From Eledone cirrhosa (taxonomy: Eukaryota), in the NCBI GenBank assembly GCA_964016885.1, contig OZ024741.1, forward strand, positions 275,404,001-275,468,000: a stretch of 64,000 nt of DNA, written 5' to 3'. This document shows positions 38,955 to 51,877 of this stretch, piece after piece (position 1 is the first letter of the stretch; each line of letters opens with the position of its first letter). A program made the position numbers and the translations under genes. The notes under the pieces are model-generated. The model did not search any database and was not told the DNA's origin. It worked only from the letters and a program-made list of their open reading frames with translations.

Positions 38955-39660
38955 TATTAGAATTGGTGCTCTGAAATAGCGATATATATATGAATGTATA
39001 TATATATGAATATATATATAATGTATTTTGCAATACACTGTATGCTTAATTAAAAGCATTTCGAAGACCTTACGCTATTGTTTTAGAGTCTCACTTACTT
39101 TAAATTTTCAGCAAACAGGGGAGATAAAGCTGACAGAGCTCTGTTTCGAACTTTTTGGTACTTATCAAAGCTAAGTACTCCAACTGTTTGCTGAAAATCA
39201 TGAATGTTTGATTCTTATGTTTGCTGAAAATTTAAAGTAAGTGAGACTGTCACTACTCTAAAACAATAACGTAAGGTCTTCGAAATGCTTTTAGTTAAGC
39301 ATACAGTGTATTGCAAAATACACTATATATACATTCATATATATCTCGCTATTTCAGAGCACCAATTCTAATTTTCAATTTCTGCTTGACTGGCAACTGC
39401 TGTGTATAATCAGTCCCTGATTATTACTAGAATTCTATAAGAATCAAACATTCATGATTTTCAGCAAACAGTTGGAGTACTTAGCTTTGATAAGTACCAA
39501 AAAGTACGAAACAGAGCTCTGTCAGCTTTATCTCCCCTGTTTGCTGAAAATTTAAAGTGAGACTGTCACTACTCTAAAACAATAGTGTAAGGTCTTCGAA
39601 ATGCTTTTAATTAAGCATACAGTGTATTGCAAAATACACTATATATACATTCATATATAA
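38955..39660. mobile_element. Family D element: inverted copy followed by a partial head-to-tail tandem of a 320-bp unit
   Basis: Minus copy 38955-39218. On the plus strand GTTTGCTGAAAATTTAAAGT recurs at 39219 and 39539. HHRs at 39128-39172(-) and 39483-39527(+). Confidence 0.85.
39483..39527 (+). ncRNA. Type I hammerhead ribozyme, U3-A8 covariant core
   Basis: AGCT-TTGATAA-GTAC-CAAAAA-GTAC-GAAAC-AGAGCTCT-GTC|AGCT. Stem I extends via GGAG/CTCC to TTTTCAGCAAACAG/CTGTTTGCTGAAAA. Confidence 0.85.
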
Positions 39661-40177
39661 ATATATATATATGTGTGTGTATATATATATATATATGTGT
39701 GTGTGTGTATATACATATAATTATATAAACGTATATAAATATACACACATAAATACATATATATAACGCACGCACACACACACCTACAGGTAAATACACA
39801 TATGTTCACTAAACGTACATCAACCAAAACACAAAGTACACATATACACACCTTACATACGTGTAAACACGCATACAAACACAAAATACACATATACACA
39901 TAACCATATACACATGTACCAGTATATATAATATAATATATACACCTATAACAAATACAAGCAAATATACGTACAAGAAAGTATACGTACCTTCACAAAA
40001 CATACAGGTAATATATATTTACCTATACAAATAAGTAATGGTATAGGAGTAACCAATCGTCCTTGTTATCTTTTCACTATAATACACTCTGTCTAGCTCT
40101 ACACCTCGACACTGAAGTGAACCTAAACGTTGAGTGCTCACCCAAGTGAACCTACAGTAACTCCAAGTTACACTCCC

Positions 40178-40216
<39 letters not shown>

Positions 40217-40281
40217 AGGGATAACTTGAACCGTTAAGGTATATTATCCTTGGTTATGTCAAATATTTATAAAGCATTTTG

Positions 40282-40343
40282 TATTTTATCTGATGATAGC
40301 GGACCAAAATTTTTGGTACCCTTGAAATATATATAATAGAATA
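40282..40343 (+). ncRNA. Type I hammerhead (related to 31232)
   Basis: TATTTTAT-CTGATGA-TAGCGGACCAAAA-TTTTTGGTACCCTT-GAAAT-ATAT-ATA|ATAGAATA, overlapping AATAAA. The stem II base is mismatched. Confidence 0.65.
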
Positions 40344-40392
40344 AATATGGTTTATAAATATAGTTTCCATTTATTTAATATCATTGTATATA

Positions 40393-41258
40393 CAGGGTGC
40401 GGATGATATCTGTTCGCAAGATTACTGTCTCGGAAAAAATAACACAGTAGTTTTATTTTTTAAGATTTATTTATCAAACTTGGGTCAGTTTGTCTTCATG
40501 ACTTGTTCTTTCGATCTCACTCGATAAACCCGCCAATGGCTTTGATGACGGCCTCAAGACGGCCTCGGAACCGGCTACAGGCCTTCGTCACTGTCCTCAG
40601 ACTTAGGCCCCTAAAGGCACTTGTGATCCTGGCCTTCAGATCGTCTTTCGTATTGCAGCTAGATCTGTTGGTGTCTTGTTCCACTGCGCCCCACACAAAG
40701 AAGTCGAGGGGGGTTGCAGTCAGGCGAGCTGGGAGGCCAGATGTCAGGTGAAGTGTGGTCGATGAAGTTCCCTGACAGCCAGGCTTGGGTCTTTCGGCTG
40801 GTATGGCAGGGCGCTGAGTCTTGCTGCCACACGTACGGCCTACCTGCAGCTACCTGGTCGATCCAGAGCTTTACTACCTCGCTCAGAACGCGGATGTAGC
40901 CATCAGTGTTCAGCTTGAGGCCCTCAGGGAAGAACTCGGGCGTTCTGAAGGCGTCAGATCGTCGATCATGTGTTTTCCTCTCTGATGTTGCTTCATAGTC
41001 GAATCCTGAATCTTCCAATTCCTTTCTGATCTTTTCCACCATTCTCCTGCTGACGCTGAGAAAGTCTGAAATTTCCTTATTTGTTCTCTTGGCGCAGATT
41101 CCAAGAAGAACTCCGTGTCTCTTCCACAAATCAATTATTCTGAAAATAAATAATGGAAATATAGTCACTGTTTTTATGAAGACAAGAGTGACAACGGAAG
41201 TAAAAAAAATTTGCATAAAATTAGCAGTTGAAAATTGCGAACAAATATCGTCCGCACC

Positions 41259-41261
<3 letters not shown>
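40393..41261 (-). mobile_element. Internally deleted Tc1/mariner-superfamily transposon, DD37D (maT) type
   Basis: 27-bp TIRs CAGGGTGCGGATGATATCTGTTCGCAA / TTGCGAACAAATATCGTCCGCACCCTG with TA flanks. The N-terminal HTH is fused to WQQDSAPCH..WPPSSPDCNP(L)D, with 37 residues between the last two Asp after correcting a frameshift. Confidence 0.9.
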
Positions 41262-41314
<53 letters not shown>

Positions 41315-41974
41315 GTACCACAACATCCAGTCCGAAACAAATGAGGTCCTGTAGGTGTCACGACAAAAAAACACACAGTCCACGCTGTAATGTGGCCGTG
41401 TAGGTAACGCGGTAAAAACCTCCCAGTCCACACTGTAAACGTGTTTGGTGTTAGGAAGGGCATCCAGCCGTAGAAAACCCGCCAGACAGTCGTATGCGAG
41501 CAAGACAACCAATCTTGCCTCAAGTGGGAAAACTCCCGTCCAAACCCATGCAAGCGTGGAAGATGGCCGTTAAATGATGATGATGATGATATATATATAT
41601 ATATATATACTATGAAGTGATCATGTAGGTGTCATGACAAAAAGTACCCAGCACATACGGTCAATGTGATTGGCATTAGGAAGGACACCCAGCTGTAGAA
41701 AACCAGCCAGAAACTCTCCTATATGATCGAGACACGGTCACCCAACCCAATTTGTCTCCAATTGGGACAAACCCGTCTAACCCATGCTAGCGTGGAAGAT
41801 AGACGTTAATCAACAATGATGATGATATTTAACGTCCATTTAGCTGTTCTGTTGTGAGAGATCCCAAGTCGGAGGATCGTGTTTTGCTCAAACAGATCTG
41901 ATTTTGGCTTGGTTTCTACGGCTGGATGCTCTTCCTAACGCCAACCACATTTAAAGTGTGTACTGGGTGCTTTT

Positions 41975-42475
41975 TGTCGTGACACCTACATGACCACTTA
42001 ACAGTGTGGGCTAGAAACTTTGTTGTGTCACCTACATGACCACTTTACAATGTGGGCTGGAAACTTTTTATTGTGATACCTACACGACCACTTTACAATG
42101 TGGGCTGGAAACTTTTTGTTATGACACCTACACGACCACTTTACAATGTGGGCTGGAAACTTTTTGTTGTGACACCTACATGACCACTTAACAGTGTGGG
42201 CTGGAAACTTTTTGTTGTGACACCTACACGACCACTTTACAATGTGGGCTGGAAACTTTTTGTCATGACACCTACACGACCACTTTACAATGTGAGCTGG
42301 AAACATTTTGTGACACCTACACGACCACTTTACGATGTGGGCTGGAAAATTTTTGTTGTGACACCTCCACGATCACTTTACAGTATGGGCTGGGCACTTT
42401 TTGTTGTGACACCTACATGGCCATTTTACAATGTGGGTTGGCACTTTTTGTTGTGTCGCCAATACGACCACTTTG
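41975..42475. repeat. 48-bp tandem array amplified from a LINE 3'-UTR module
   Basis: About 10 copies of CACCTACACGACCACTTTACAATGTGGGCTGGAAACTTTTTGTTGTGA, contiguous with an RTE-type tail at 41820-41975(-). Confidence 0.85.
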
Positions 42476-42680
42476 TGGATGATTTTGTCGTGGGGTATAT
42501 ATATATATATATATATTTGTTATACTTGGGGAGGGTCATATTGTTGTAATATTGCCAGAAATAACAACAGAACACACTCACTGTTTGGTTGGTTTTCACT
42601 TCTGTATCTTTTATATCTCCAGAGTTAATTTATTTGGCAATCAATGTTTATCATTGATTGACCAGCGATTAAAAATACAG

Positions 42681-42717
<37 letters not shown>

Positions 42718-43524
42718 ATCAAAGTTCTTTTGTTGCACATCTGCAACATCATCAGTGGTACTACTATGTTCCCTCCTATTGTATTGTAATGTCTACGCCA
42801 TGGCGTATATATTGTGTGTTCCTGCATTCTTCCAAATGCTTAGACACGCCAGAGGCCCATATTTTGATTACATTCAATTCTACACTCTACAGAGTGTTTT
42901 TTCATTATTTCGGTGAAGATAAAAAAGTACCAGTCTAGTACAGGGGGCGATTCTTCCTCTATATCTCTTTCTCACTTCCTTTCTCTCGCTTTCTATCCAT
43001 CTCTGAAAGAAATCTGCATTGTTCAGACCTGGAGTGGAGGTGGGCTCTGTGAGGTTTAAAAAAATGCCCTTGATATGCCATATGCTACCACTATGAATCC
43101 TTCAGGAGTTACATCATCATTCTTCGATATGGAGCTGTAACTTCTGATGGAATCATTGAAGCACCAAAGTAACAAATGATGTCTTGAACAATTTAACTTT
43201 TTCATGACCACATTTCTAATGAAATACACTATTATGATTAATTAAGGAAAAACTTTGATGGATTTACTAAAATTATTAATTATTTTGTTAGTAAGATAGT
43301 AACTTAATGTAAGGTTCTTATATAAAATTATGTTGGGTGATTTTATTTCATAGAACCAGAGTCGGTTTTGGCCGGGTTGTAAGGCAGAGATTCCATTACA
43401 GTTTTGGGATTGAGTAGTCAGGTGAAGGTGGGGGTCTTAAGTATATGTACAGTACATGTGTATTATTATTATTATGGGTGGTGGTGTGTCGGCCCTTATG
43501 GCCAATAAATGAAATCATTATTAT

Positions 43525-43712
43525 GGGTGGTGGATGGCAGTATCGGTAGAGGGTCGGACACCATGGTTTGTAACATAGTTACTGCACTTTATGATCTAAG
43601 TTCAAATCCTGCCGAGGTTAACTTTGCCTTTCATCCTTACGGGGTCGATAAAATAAAGTACCAGTAATACACTGGGTAATTACTGGCCTTGTGCCAAAAG
43701 TATAAACAATTA
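43525..43712 (+). mobile_element. SINE family 1 copy
   Basis: Same A/B boxes, core and tail. Further copies at 11751-11912, 47210-47378, 52063-52237(-) and 52449-52627(-). Confidence 0.85.
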
Positions 43713-46289
43713 TTATTAGGTCACACTTTTTTATGACCAATATGAAACTAAGAAAGAAATTAAAAACATGATCATACTAACATATTTAGAATCAATAGAA
43801 AATCAATATAGTAAAAAACAAAGATCATTCAATAAGTTTCCAAGGAGAGGCTTGAGCTCTAAAAGTCCCTTAGCATCGGAAAGCTTGTAATGTCGTTGGC
43901 TGAAGAACTATCCATAACTCAAGTTTTGGCCAGTCAAATGTTAACTAACTACTTCTTGAAGAGTACTATCAGAACTGGACTTACTTATATGCTAAATAAG
44001 CTTTTGTTTAAGGCTTCATACCCTTTTTTTATGTTTTTATTTTTCTATGTGGCAAATGGAATAAATTAATTAATCAGTTAATTGGAACATTTTGTAACTA
44101 ATTTAATTTTGTAATCATTAATAAATAATAATCTATAATTATTTTAAAGTTTTTGCTTCCAAAATTTTTTTTAGAAAAGGGCCTCAAATTTTATATAGCT
44201 TAGGGCCTCAGAAGGTGAAAGTCCAGCCCTGAATACTTAGTAGATTTTATAAAGGCACCAACACTAGGGAGGTTGCCTTGTTGAAAGGAAAACATATAAG
44301 AGGGAGAATAGAAGGTTAAGATGTGACAGAAATGTATGATGTATGTGGTGGGGGTGGGGATGGAGGTAGTAATGTAGGTGAGAGGGGTGCAGTGATAATG
44401 GAGGGGGGGGGGGGTCGATTATGGACTTACCAAATGTTACAGTCCACTACATGCTTGCAATATTGAAGATTGACTAGACTGGTGTGTGGTGGTGTGTGGG
44501 GGGGGGGGGGGGGAGGAAGCAGTAGAGTAGAAATAGAGAAAGGGTGGCATTAATAGGGGTATATTAGGGATCCTGCAGGGATCATCTCTTGTACTATCAT
44601 GTCATCGTGGCCTTCTGAGGTTCATATCCCTAAGGTTGGTCTTCCACTTCATCCCCTTGTCTTCTTCTTCCACAGCTCCCATGGTGATTGAACTGCACTT
44701 CTTTATTCAGCTGTCATTTTCATGGTTAGAACGCTGGACTTCCAATTGTGAGGTTGTGAGTTTGATTCTCAGACCGGGCTTTGTGTTGTGTTCTTGGGCA
44801 AGACACTTTATTTCATGTTGCTCCAGTTCACTCAGCTGTAGAAATGAGTTGCGACATCACTGGTGCCAAGCTGTATTGGCCATTGCCTTTCCTTTGGCTA
44901 ACATCGGTGACGTGGAGAGGGGAGACTGGTATGTTCTTCCACAAACAACATTGCCTGGACTTGTGCCATGTAGAGGAACTATTGCATATTTATACTTCGT
45001 CTTAAACCTAGTTTTTTCTCTCAGTTCATTAACACTACAGTGTTCATGTGCACTAACATTACACATCCACTGAAGAAGCATACTTGCTTCATTTGTTTTT
45101 AATCTTCACAGATCCTCTGCAGTCAAGTCCCATCTTTCACTGCCATGCTGCACCACAGTTTGCACACAAGCATCATACAATCTACACTTCACTCTGAGAG
45201 AGAAGCCCTTTGTTGCCAGAAGAGGTAATATTTCCTTGAACTCCTCCAAACTCATTCTTAATCTGGCTACCATGCTTTCGAAGCACCCACCTCCACTGTT
45301 AAATAGGTCTCCTAGGTATCAAAAGCTCTCAGGGAGCCACATGGGTAGTTAAGGGAATCTGATTCTCATGTGCTATTAATGTTTATTTGTCCTGGGCATC
45401 TGCCATATACAAAATCTACCTTCTCCATTAACCTTACTGCAATCCCACTACATGTCTTGTACATCCATAGTTTACACTACATATACTGTATGGGATTTCT
45501 ACTCCTTTCCTACTTGGCACATAGTATTTTCTTCTTCTTTTTCTTCTTTTTCTTCTTTTTCTTTTTTCTTTTTCTTTTTTTTCTTCTTTTTCCTCTCTTT
45601 CTCTTCTTCCTTTAGTATGAGACTGTTGCTGTCCTTTACCTGATTCTGATCATTTTCTAGGGTCCACCGCAAGGAGGTCAACAACTTGGGCCCCACATAG
45701 TATCGGGAAAGAGGGTGGGGCTGTCTTCTTTCCTACTTAAAACTTTAGTTTATGCTAAGTTTATTTCCAGGCCTTTTGATTGTAGAAAGACATCAAAACT
45801 CTATGAAATGCCTAACCTCTAGCTTCATATTAGAAGTTTGAATATCCTATGTCTTGGGCATTTTAAATCTGGCAGAGTCTATCCCTTTCCAGGTCTGAAC
45901 AGCAGATTTCTTCCAGAGAAAGTGTGTGTGTGTGTGTATGTGATAGTAAGGAAGAGAGGAAGAAATGTAGAGGAAGAATTTACCCCAGTATTGAATGTAC
46001 ATGCATTTTTTTTATCAACCTCAAAAGGATAAAAATCACAGTTGACCTCAGCAGAATTTCAACTCGCAGTGCAGAGAACCAGAACGAATGCCATAAGTTA
46101 TTCTGACATTCTAATCAGTCAATTTTAGTTCATGGAGGTTTTAAAAATTTTTTTTTTTTTTTTTAGAAGAATTCCCTTTTTCTTACAAAGAACATATTAA
46201 AAATTGACTTTTATAGAAATTTGATGACTTTTGAAGATTAGAAGTTCATAAGGTATATCTCCATCTCCGCAGTCATTTTACATTTATTG

Positions 46290-46590
46290 TTCCATACTTG
46301 CATGGGTGGGACAGATCCTTCTCAGTACATCATCTCTTCACTTGTTGAGTTTGTTTGTCATCTCTTCTCTGAACTTTAGCCATCTAAGATCAGCTCCAAC
46401 CACTTCCATTTTGGTCATCCTTGATCTTCCTCTGCTGCAGCTTCCCTCCACTGAGATTACTTGGCACTTCTTCACCCAGTGATCATCGTCCATGCACATC
46501 ACATTTCCACACCATCGCAATCTCCTCTCATGCACACTGCATCTGATTCCTCTTATACCCAGTTTCTCTTTCAGTTCATACATATGCATG
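46290..46590 (-). mobile_element. RTE-type LINE 3' fragment (another lies at ~45090-45480)
   Basis: KLGIRGIRCSVHERRLRWCGNVMCM..RGRSRMT is homologous to 17000-17170. Confidence 0.75.
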
Positions 46591-46608
46591 TTTTTATTGA
46601 TATATATA

Positions 46609-46790
46609 TCTATATATCTAAAACTGAGAATGTTTGTCTATCTGTCTGTCAGCTCACTAAAACTCGAGAACCACCCAACCGATTGTTTTCAAACTTTACA
46701 CATGTAATACTTATGGTCCTATGAGTGTTTTGAGCAAATTTTCAATGACCTAGGGACCACATTAGGCGTTTTAGTGATCTCTCTCTATAA
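46609..46790 (+). mobile_element. Possible 5' fragment of a Helitron-like non-autonomous element
   Basis: TCTATATATCTAAAACTG..GTCTATCTGTCTGTC start resembles 50946. No 3' terminus found. Confidence 0.4.
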
Positions 46791-47029
46791 TTCTTAGTCT
46801 TTCTTTTTAGATAGATACATAGATATAACGTTGCGCCCTTATAATATCTGTCTGTATTATGTCATTATGACGCAATCAGTGTGTGTATATATGAATATAT
46901 AGTGTGTGTATATATATATATATATATTCTTATGCCAGGGAACGTCTTCACAAACCAAAGTATCGTCTTCCTGTTTTCCTTTTTTTCGAAATATTTATAT
47001 CTGCGTTCACAGATTGATTTTTTTTTTTT

Positions 47030-47080
47030 AGTTTCAGAAGATCCCGTTAAGGGTGAAAGCAGCAATTCTTTGCTTAAACT
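47030..47080 (+). ncRNA. Hammerhead-like motif, family C
   Basis: AGTTT-CAGAAGA-TCCCGTTAAGGGT-GAAAGCA-GCAATTCTT-TGCTT|AAACT, identical in these positions to 38412. Confidence 0.6.
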
Positions 47081-47464
47081 TTTATCTGTTATTTTAATAT
47101 ATATATATATTATATATATATATATAATATATATATATTATATATATATATAATATATATATATTATATATATATATTATATATATATATTATATATATA
47201 TAATATATATCGGTAGAGGGTCGGACGCCATGCTTTGCAGCATAGTTACGTCTCTTTACGATCTGAGTTCAAATCCCGCCGAGGTTGACTTTGCCTTTCA
47301 TCCTTACGGGGTCGATAAAATAAAGTACCAGTAATGCACTGGGTAATTGCTGGCCTTGTGCCTAAAGTAGAAACAATTATATATATATTATATATATATA
47401 ATATATATATTTTATATATATATATTATATATATATATTATATATATAATATATATATATTATA

Positions 47465-50400
47465 TATCTATCTAAGGCGGGTAAAATTCCCGAGATCCAT
47501 GGACGAGTTCTCTCCAGCGGTCTCTGTCCCTCATTATCGCTGCCATATCCTGCATCTCCAACAGACCAGTGTCTGTCCTTAGGGCATCAACATATGTTAA
47601 CCTTGGTCTTCCTCTTCTAGTGTGTCCATGTAGGGGCTCCCAAAGGAGCACTGAGTGCAATGTCAACTCTGGATGCCGGTGAGCATGTCCAGCCAACCTC
47701 AGTCTTCTCTGTGTCACTTTTGAGCTGACTTTTGGGATGCTCCCATACAGCTCTGAGTTTTTCATCCTCAGTGTATACTGATTAATGTTCAGAGCCATCC
47801 TCAGCATTCTCGTGTAGCACCCATCCACCATCTGAGTGAGTCTCTTGGTCAGTGTCCAAGTCTCAGACCCACACAGCAGCACAGACTCCACTACAGCAAT
47901 GAAGAGGCGGATTTTCAGGTCTCTACGAAGGTCCGACTACCACACCGATCTCAAGCTGTGACACGCCGCCCAGGCCTTGCTCTTCCTCTCAACCACATCA
48001 TCTTCCACATTCCCAATCTTTGCTCCCAAATACAGGAAGTCCTCAACCAATTCCAGCAGCTTCCCGCCTACATTAGTGATCCCCTCTGGCTTCTCAATAT
48101 TCTCTACCAGATATTTTGTTTTAGTCTCATTCATTCTCAGCCCCACACTCATCGACACAGTCTCAACCTCCCACATCAAATCCTCTGCCTCCTTCACTGT
48201 ATTTGTCACCAAAACTATGTCGTCGGCAAATTCAGCATCCGATACCTTTTTCGCCCCAACTCTCCTGCTCTGAGCCGGTGCTACAGTAAAGCCAGAGTCC
48301 TGGTGTTTCTCCAGTGCAAGGCGCATACAATAGTCCACTACGATGATAAAAAGGTAGGGAGCCAATGTATCTCCCTGGAGCACTCCAGCCAGTATCTCAA
48401 AGAACTCTGTCATCCCAATCAGGTGTAATGACTTGGGCTTTGGTGTTGGTGTAGAGCAGTGATATCAGGTCCACTATCCTCTTGGGGATTCCATAAGCCT
48501 GTAAGATCTTCATCAGGCAGTAACGGTCCACAGAATCAAAGGCCATCCTAAAGTCAATGAAAACCATGACCGCAGGAAGGCACTTTGCTCTAGCTCCCTC
48601 TAATATCCTCCTCAGCATCAGGATGTGACTGGTGGTTGATCTACCCTCTCTGAAGCCGTTCTGGTTGTCCCTGAGATTCTTCTCCATCTCAGGCTAGATC
48701 CTGTTAAGAATCATCCTGTTGAGGGTCTTTGCCACAAGTGACGTCAGTGAGATCCCCCGGTAGTTGTTGGTGTTAGAGAGATCTCCCTTCTTTGGCACTG
48801 GGACGATGTTACTGATCCTCCACTGATTCGGGGCAACTCCTTTCTCCAGTGCTCCGTTACAGAACCCCAGGATGATATCATCAAAATCACACCTCTTCAT
48901 CACCTCTGATGCCACTCCATCTTCTCCATGAGCCTTGCCCTCCTTGATCTTCTTCTTGGCTCTCTGAAGCTCCTCTCTGGTGAAGGGCTCTGTCTCAACA
49001 TCCAGTTCCTCAAACAGCCGCCTGATCTCCCCAGTGCTCTGGGCTGTGGAGGGTGGCTCTCCTAGTAGGGTCCTAAAATGGTCTAGCCATTTCCTCTTCC
49101 TATCCTCGGGCCCCGATCTCGTTGATGATCATCCAGCTCTCCTTACATCCAGATCTGTCAACCGCTCTCTCCACACTTCTGATCTTCTCTATCAGTGCCT
49201 CCTCTCTGACCTCAGTGTAAGCGGTACAGAGCTCTTCCCTCATCACCTCCACAGTTTCCATCCTCTCCTCCGTAGGATCAGCATAGAATTGGTCCCTGGC
49301 AGCTTTCAGGTGTTCTCTGGCTGCACACACTTTTGGGTTTGCAGAGCTGACGTGCTTCCCTTTGTTCTTTTTCCTCGGCACCAGGGTTTCACTTGCTCTC
49401 GCCACTGCATTGGTGAAGTGCCCGTACCTCCTCATCACACTCTCCTCAGTCCATCCAATCTCTCTCTCCTCTGACTCTCCACACAGAGCACTAAACCTGT
49501 TTCTCACTTCCACTGTGAACCTCTCCTGTAGCTTATCATCTTCCTTGAAAGCTCCCCAGTCATAGATTGTTCTCCGGGGCTGAGCCTTGCTCTTTCTTAA
49601 GCTCACGCGGACCTCACTCATAACAAGCCGGTGGTCACTACCCAGTGTACTGAAATAGCTGTATGGTTCCGTGTTCAGAACACTATTCCGCCACTTTTTC
49701 CTCACCAGAATGAAATCAATCTGGGACTTGGACAGGTGCATATCTGAGATGTAGGTCCACATCTTCCCCAGATTCTTCCTAAACCTTAGGTTGGTCGCCA
49801 TCAAGTTCGCCTCCAGTAGGGTGTCTCTCAGTAGTCTTCCATTTCGGTTGGTGTTGTTATGGAAGTACCAGCAAGGATCTTCACTGCCCTCCTTACTCAG
49901 ATGTGCATTGAAGTCCCCCAAAACAAGCAGGATATTGTGTGCCTGAGTGGTGTTGACAGCTCTACACACCTCCTCATGGAACTCCTCGGCATTCACATCA
50001 CTGTCCCCCTCGGTTGGACTATAGGCTGAGATGACTGTCAGTCTTGGGTTTCCATTGAAGGTCACCCTCAACACTCGCGGGGAGATAGGCATTATTTCCC
50101 TCACCAACAGATTGGTTTTTGCACTGAACACAAAACCCACTCCTCCTACTGCAGCATTTGTTGTGTTCCTCACTGCCAATGTAGTGATGAACTGGCTCTT
50201 CCTCCCGATCATCACACTCCTCATGGGCTCATCGTGTAGAATCCTGTGTTCTTGGATCGCAAGTATCTGTATACCACTCTCCTCGAACAGATGTCCCAAC
50301 TCCTCTCTCTTCTCCAGCGTTCGAATAGTCCTCACATTCAAAGTGCCCATTTTGATGGCTCTTCTGCAGGACAAAACTGCATTCTTTATATTTGTCTCAG

Positions 50401-50740
50401 AGACAGCTGATCCATCATCCACTGGCCCTCTCTGTGGCTCTAAGCCAGCAGAGTTATAACGACCAGGCTGCTCCTTGACAGTGTAATTAGGGGCTCTAAC
50501 CCTAGTGCTGTTAGATCGACTCTCCATATTTCTTTTCAATGGCTGACAATACCTTACCGGCGCCACTCGAATAAGGTAGTTATTTAACCCATAAATGGAG
50601 CCCTAACAGGTACTACCACCCCGGGCCAGGGCAGACCTGGGAGTCACGACAACTAAGGGGTAACTCCACATTCCCCACATCTCCTGAACTCCCGAACTGG
50701 AGCCTTGCCACTGGATGTAGTTTAATGTCATACCCAGGAC
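47465..50740 (-). mobile_element. Near full-length RTE-clade LINE (APE endonuclease and reverse transcriptase), disrupted
   Basis: APE motifs GTLNVRT, IQEHR, AYSPT, GDFNAH, IDFIL and SDH. RT motifs YRGISL, QNGFR, FIDFRMAFDSV, GVLQGDTLAPYLF, FADD and YLG. C-terminal RRLRLAGH..RGRP. Lesions: apparent deletion/frameshift ~49110, stop ~48694, frameshift ~48415, stop ~47937. Confidence 0.95.
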
Positions 50741-50945
50741 ATATTATATATATATAATATATATATTTTATGTATATATATTATATATATATATTATATA
50801 TATATTATATATATATATTATATATATATTATATATATATAATATATATATATTAAATATATATAATATATATATATTATATATATATTATATATATATA
50901 TATATATAATTATATATTCGTGTACAGATATTTTTGCATACACAA

Positions 50946-51877
50946 TCTATATATATAAAACTGTGGTTGTCTGTCTATCGATTTTTGGCACACATCTCCT
51001 CTTAGAATCCCTCACGGAATTGCACCGAAATTGCTATACTTGTACATTGAGCCCTAGCGAAGACATCGGAAAAAAAAAAATTTCAAATTGACCCACCCTA
51101 TGTGACGAAATCGAATATAATGTATCGATTTTTGAGCGTAAGTTATCAGTTATTTCCCTTTGTTCTGTTTACATTGAGCGTCTTACGTAAAAAATTACGC
51201 TGGCTTTAACAGTTGTCGAGCCAGCAAAATATTGACCTGCAAAATTCATCAGTTCGAACACTAAGCTTCCGTTTTGCTTCATTTCCATTTAAAAGCATTT
51301 TAAAACAATATTTTTACTTGAAAACAAGTCTATTTAAAGACTACGTAAAACAAGCAAATATTTCGTCGTTAGGCGTGCAGACAGACAGTCGTGCAGAGAG
51401 GTGATATAGGCGTGCAGACAGATAGTCGTGCAGAGAGGTGATATAGGCGTGCAGACAGACAGTCGTGCAGAGAGGTGATATAGGCGTGCAGACAGACAGT
51501 CGTGCAGAGAGGTGATATAGGCGTGCAGACAGATAGTCGTGCAGAGAGGTGATATAGGTGTGCAGACAGACATAACTGATAATTTGGTTACGCTAATGTT
51601 TTTCTCTGCGTTGCAGTGTTTACATTTTCGATCTTTGTTAATAAATAACCAGTGCAGTTTCTATCCCCAGCATCCTCTTTTGTTATAACATTCGGGTTAT
51701 CGTTATGTTTTCTTAACTTCATAAGGCATATTGTTGGTTGAGGGAATATTAATCAAAAACACCACATGCAAGTCTGCACAGTAGACACTACAGTTTTTAA
51801 GCCAAGAAAGAAACTTAACATTGTAACTTTAACACAGCTACTGAGCGACCCCGAGCAACGCCGGGCTTTACTGCTAG
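50946..51877 (+). mobile_element. Non-autonomous Helitron-like element with internal 37-bp tandem array
   Basis: 5' TC start after A. 3' GC-rich hairpin CCCGAGCAACGCCGGG, then CTAG before T. No TSD. About 5.5 copies of AGGCGTGCAGACAGACAGTCGTGCAGAGAGGTGATAT at 51371-51572. Confidence 0.75.
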
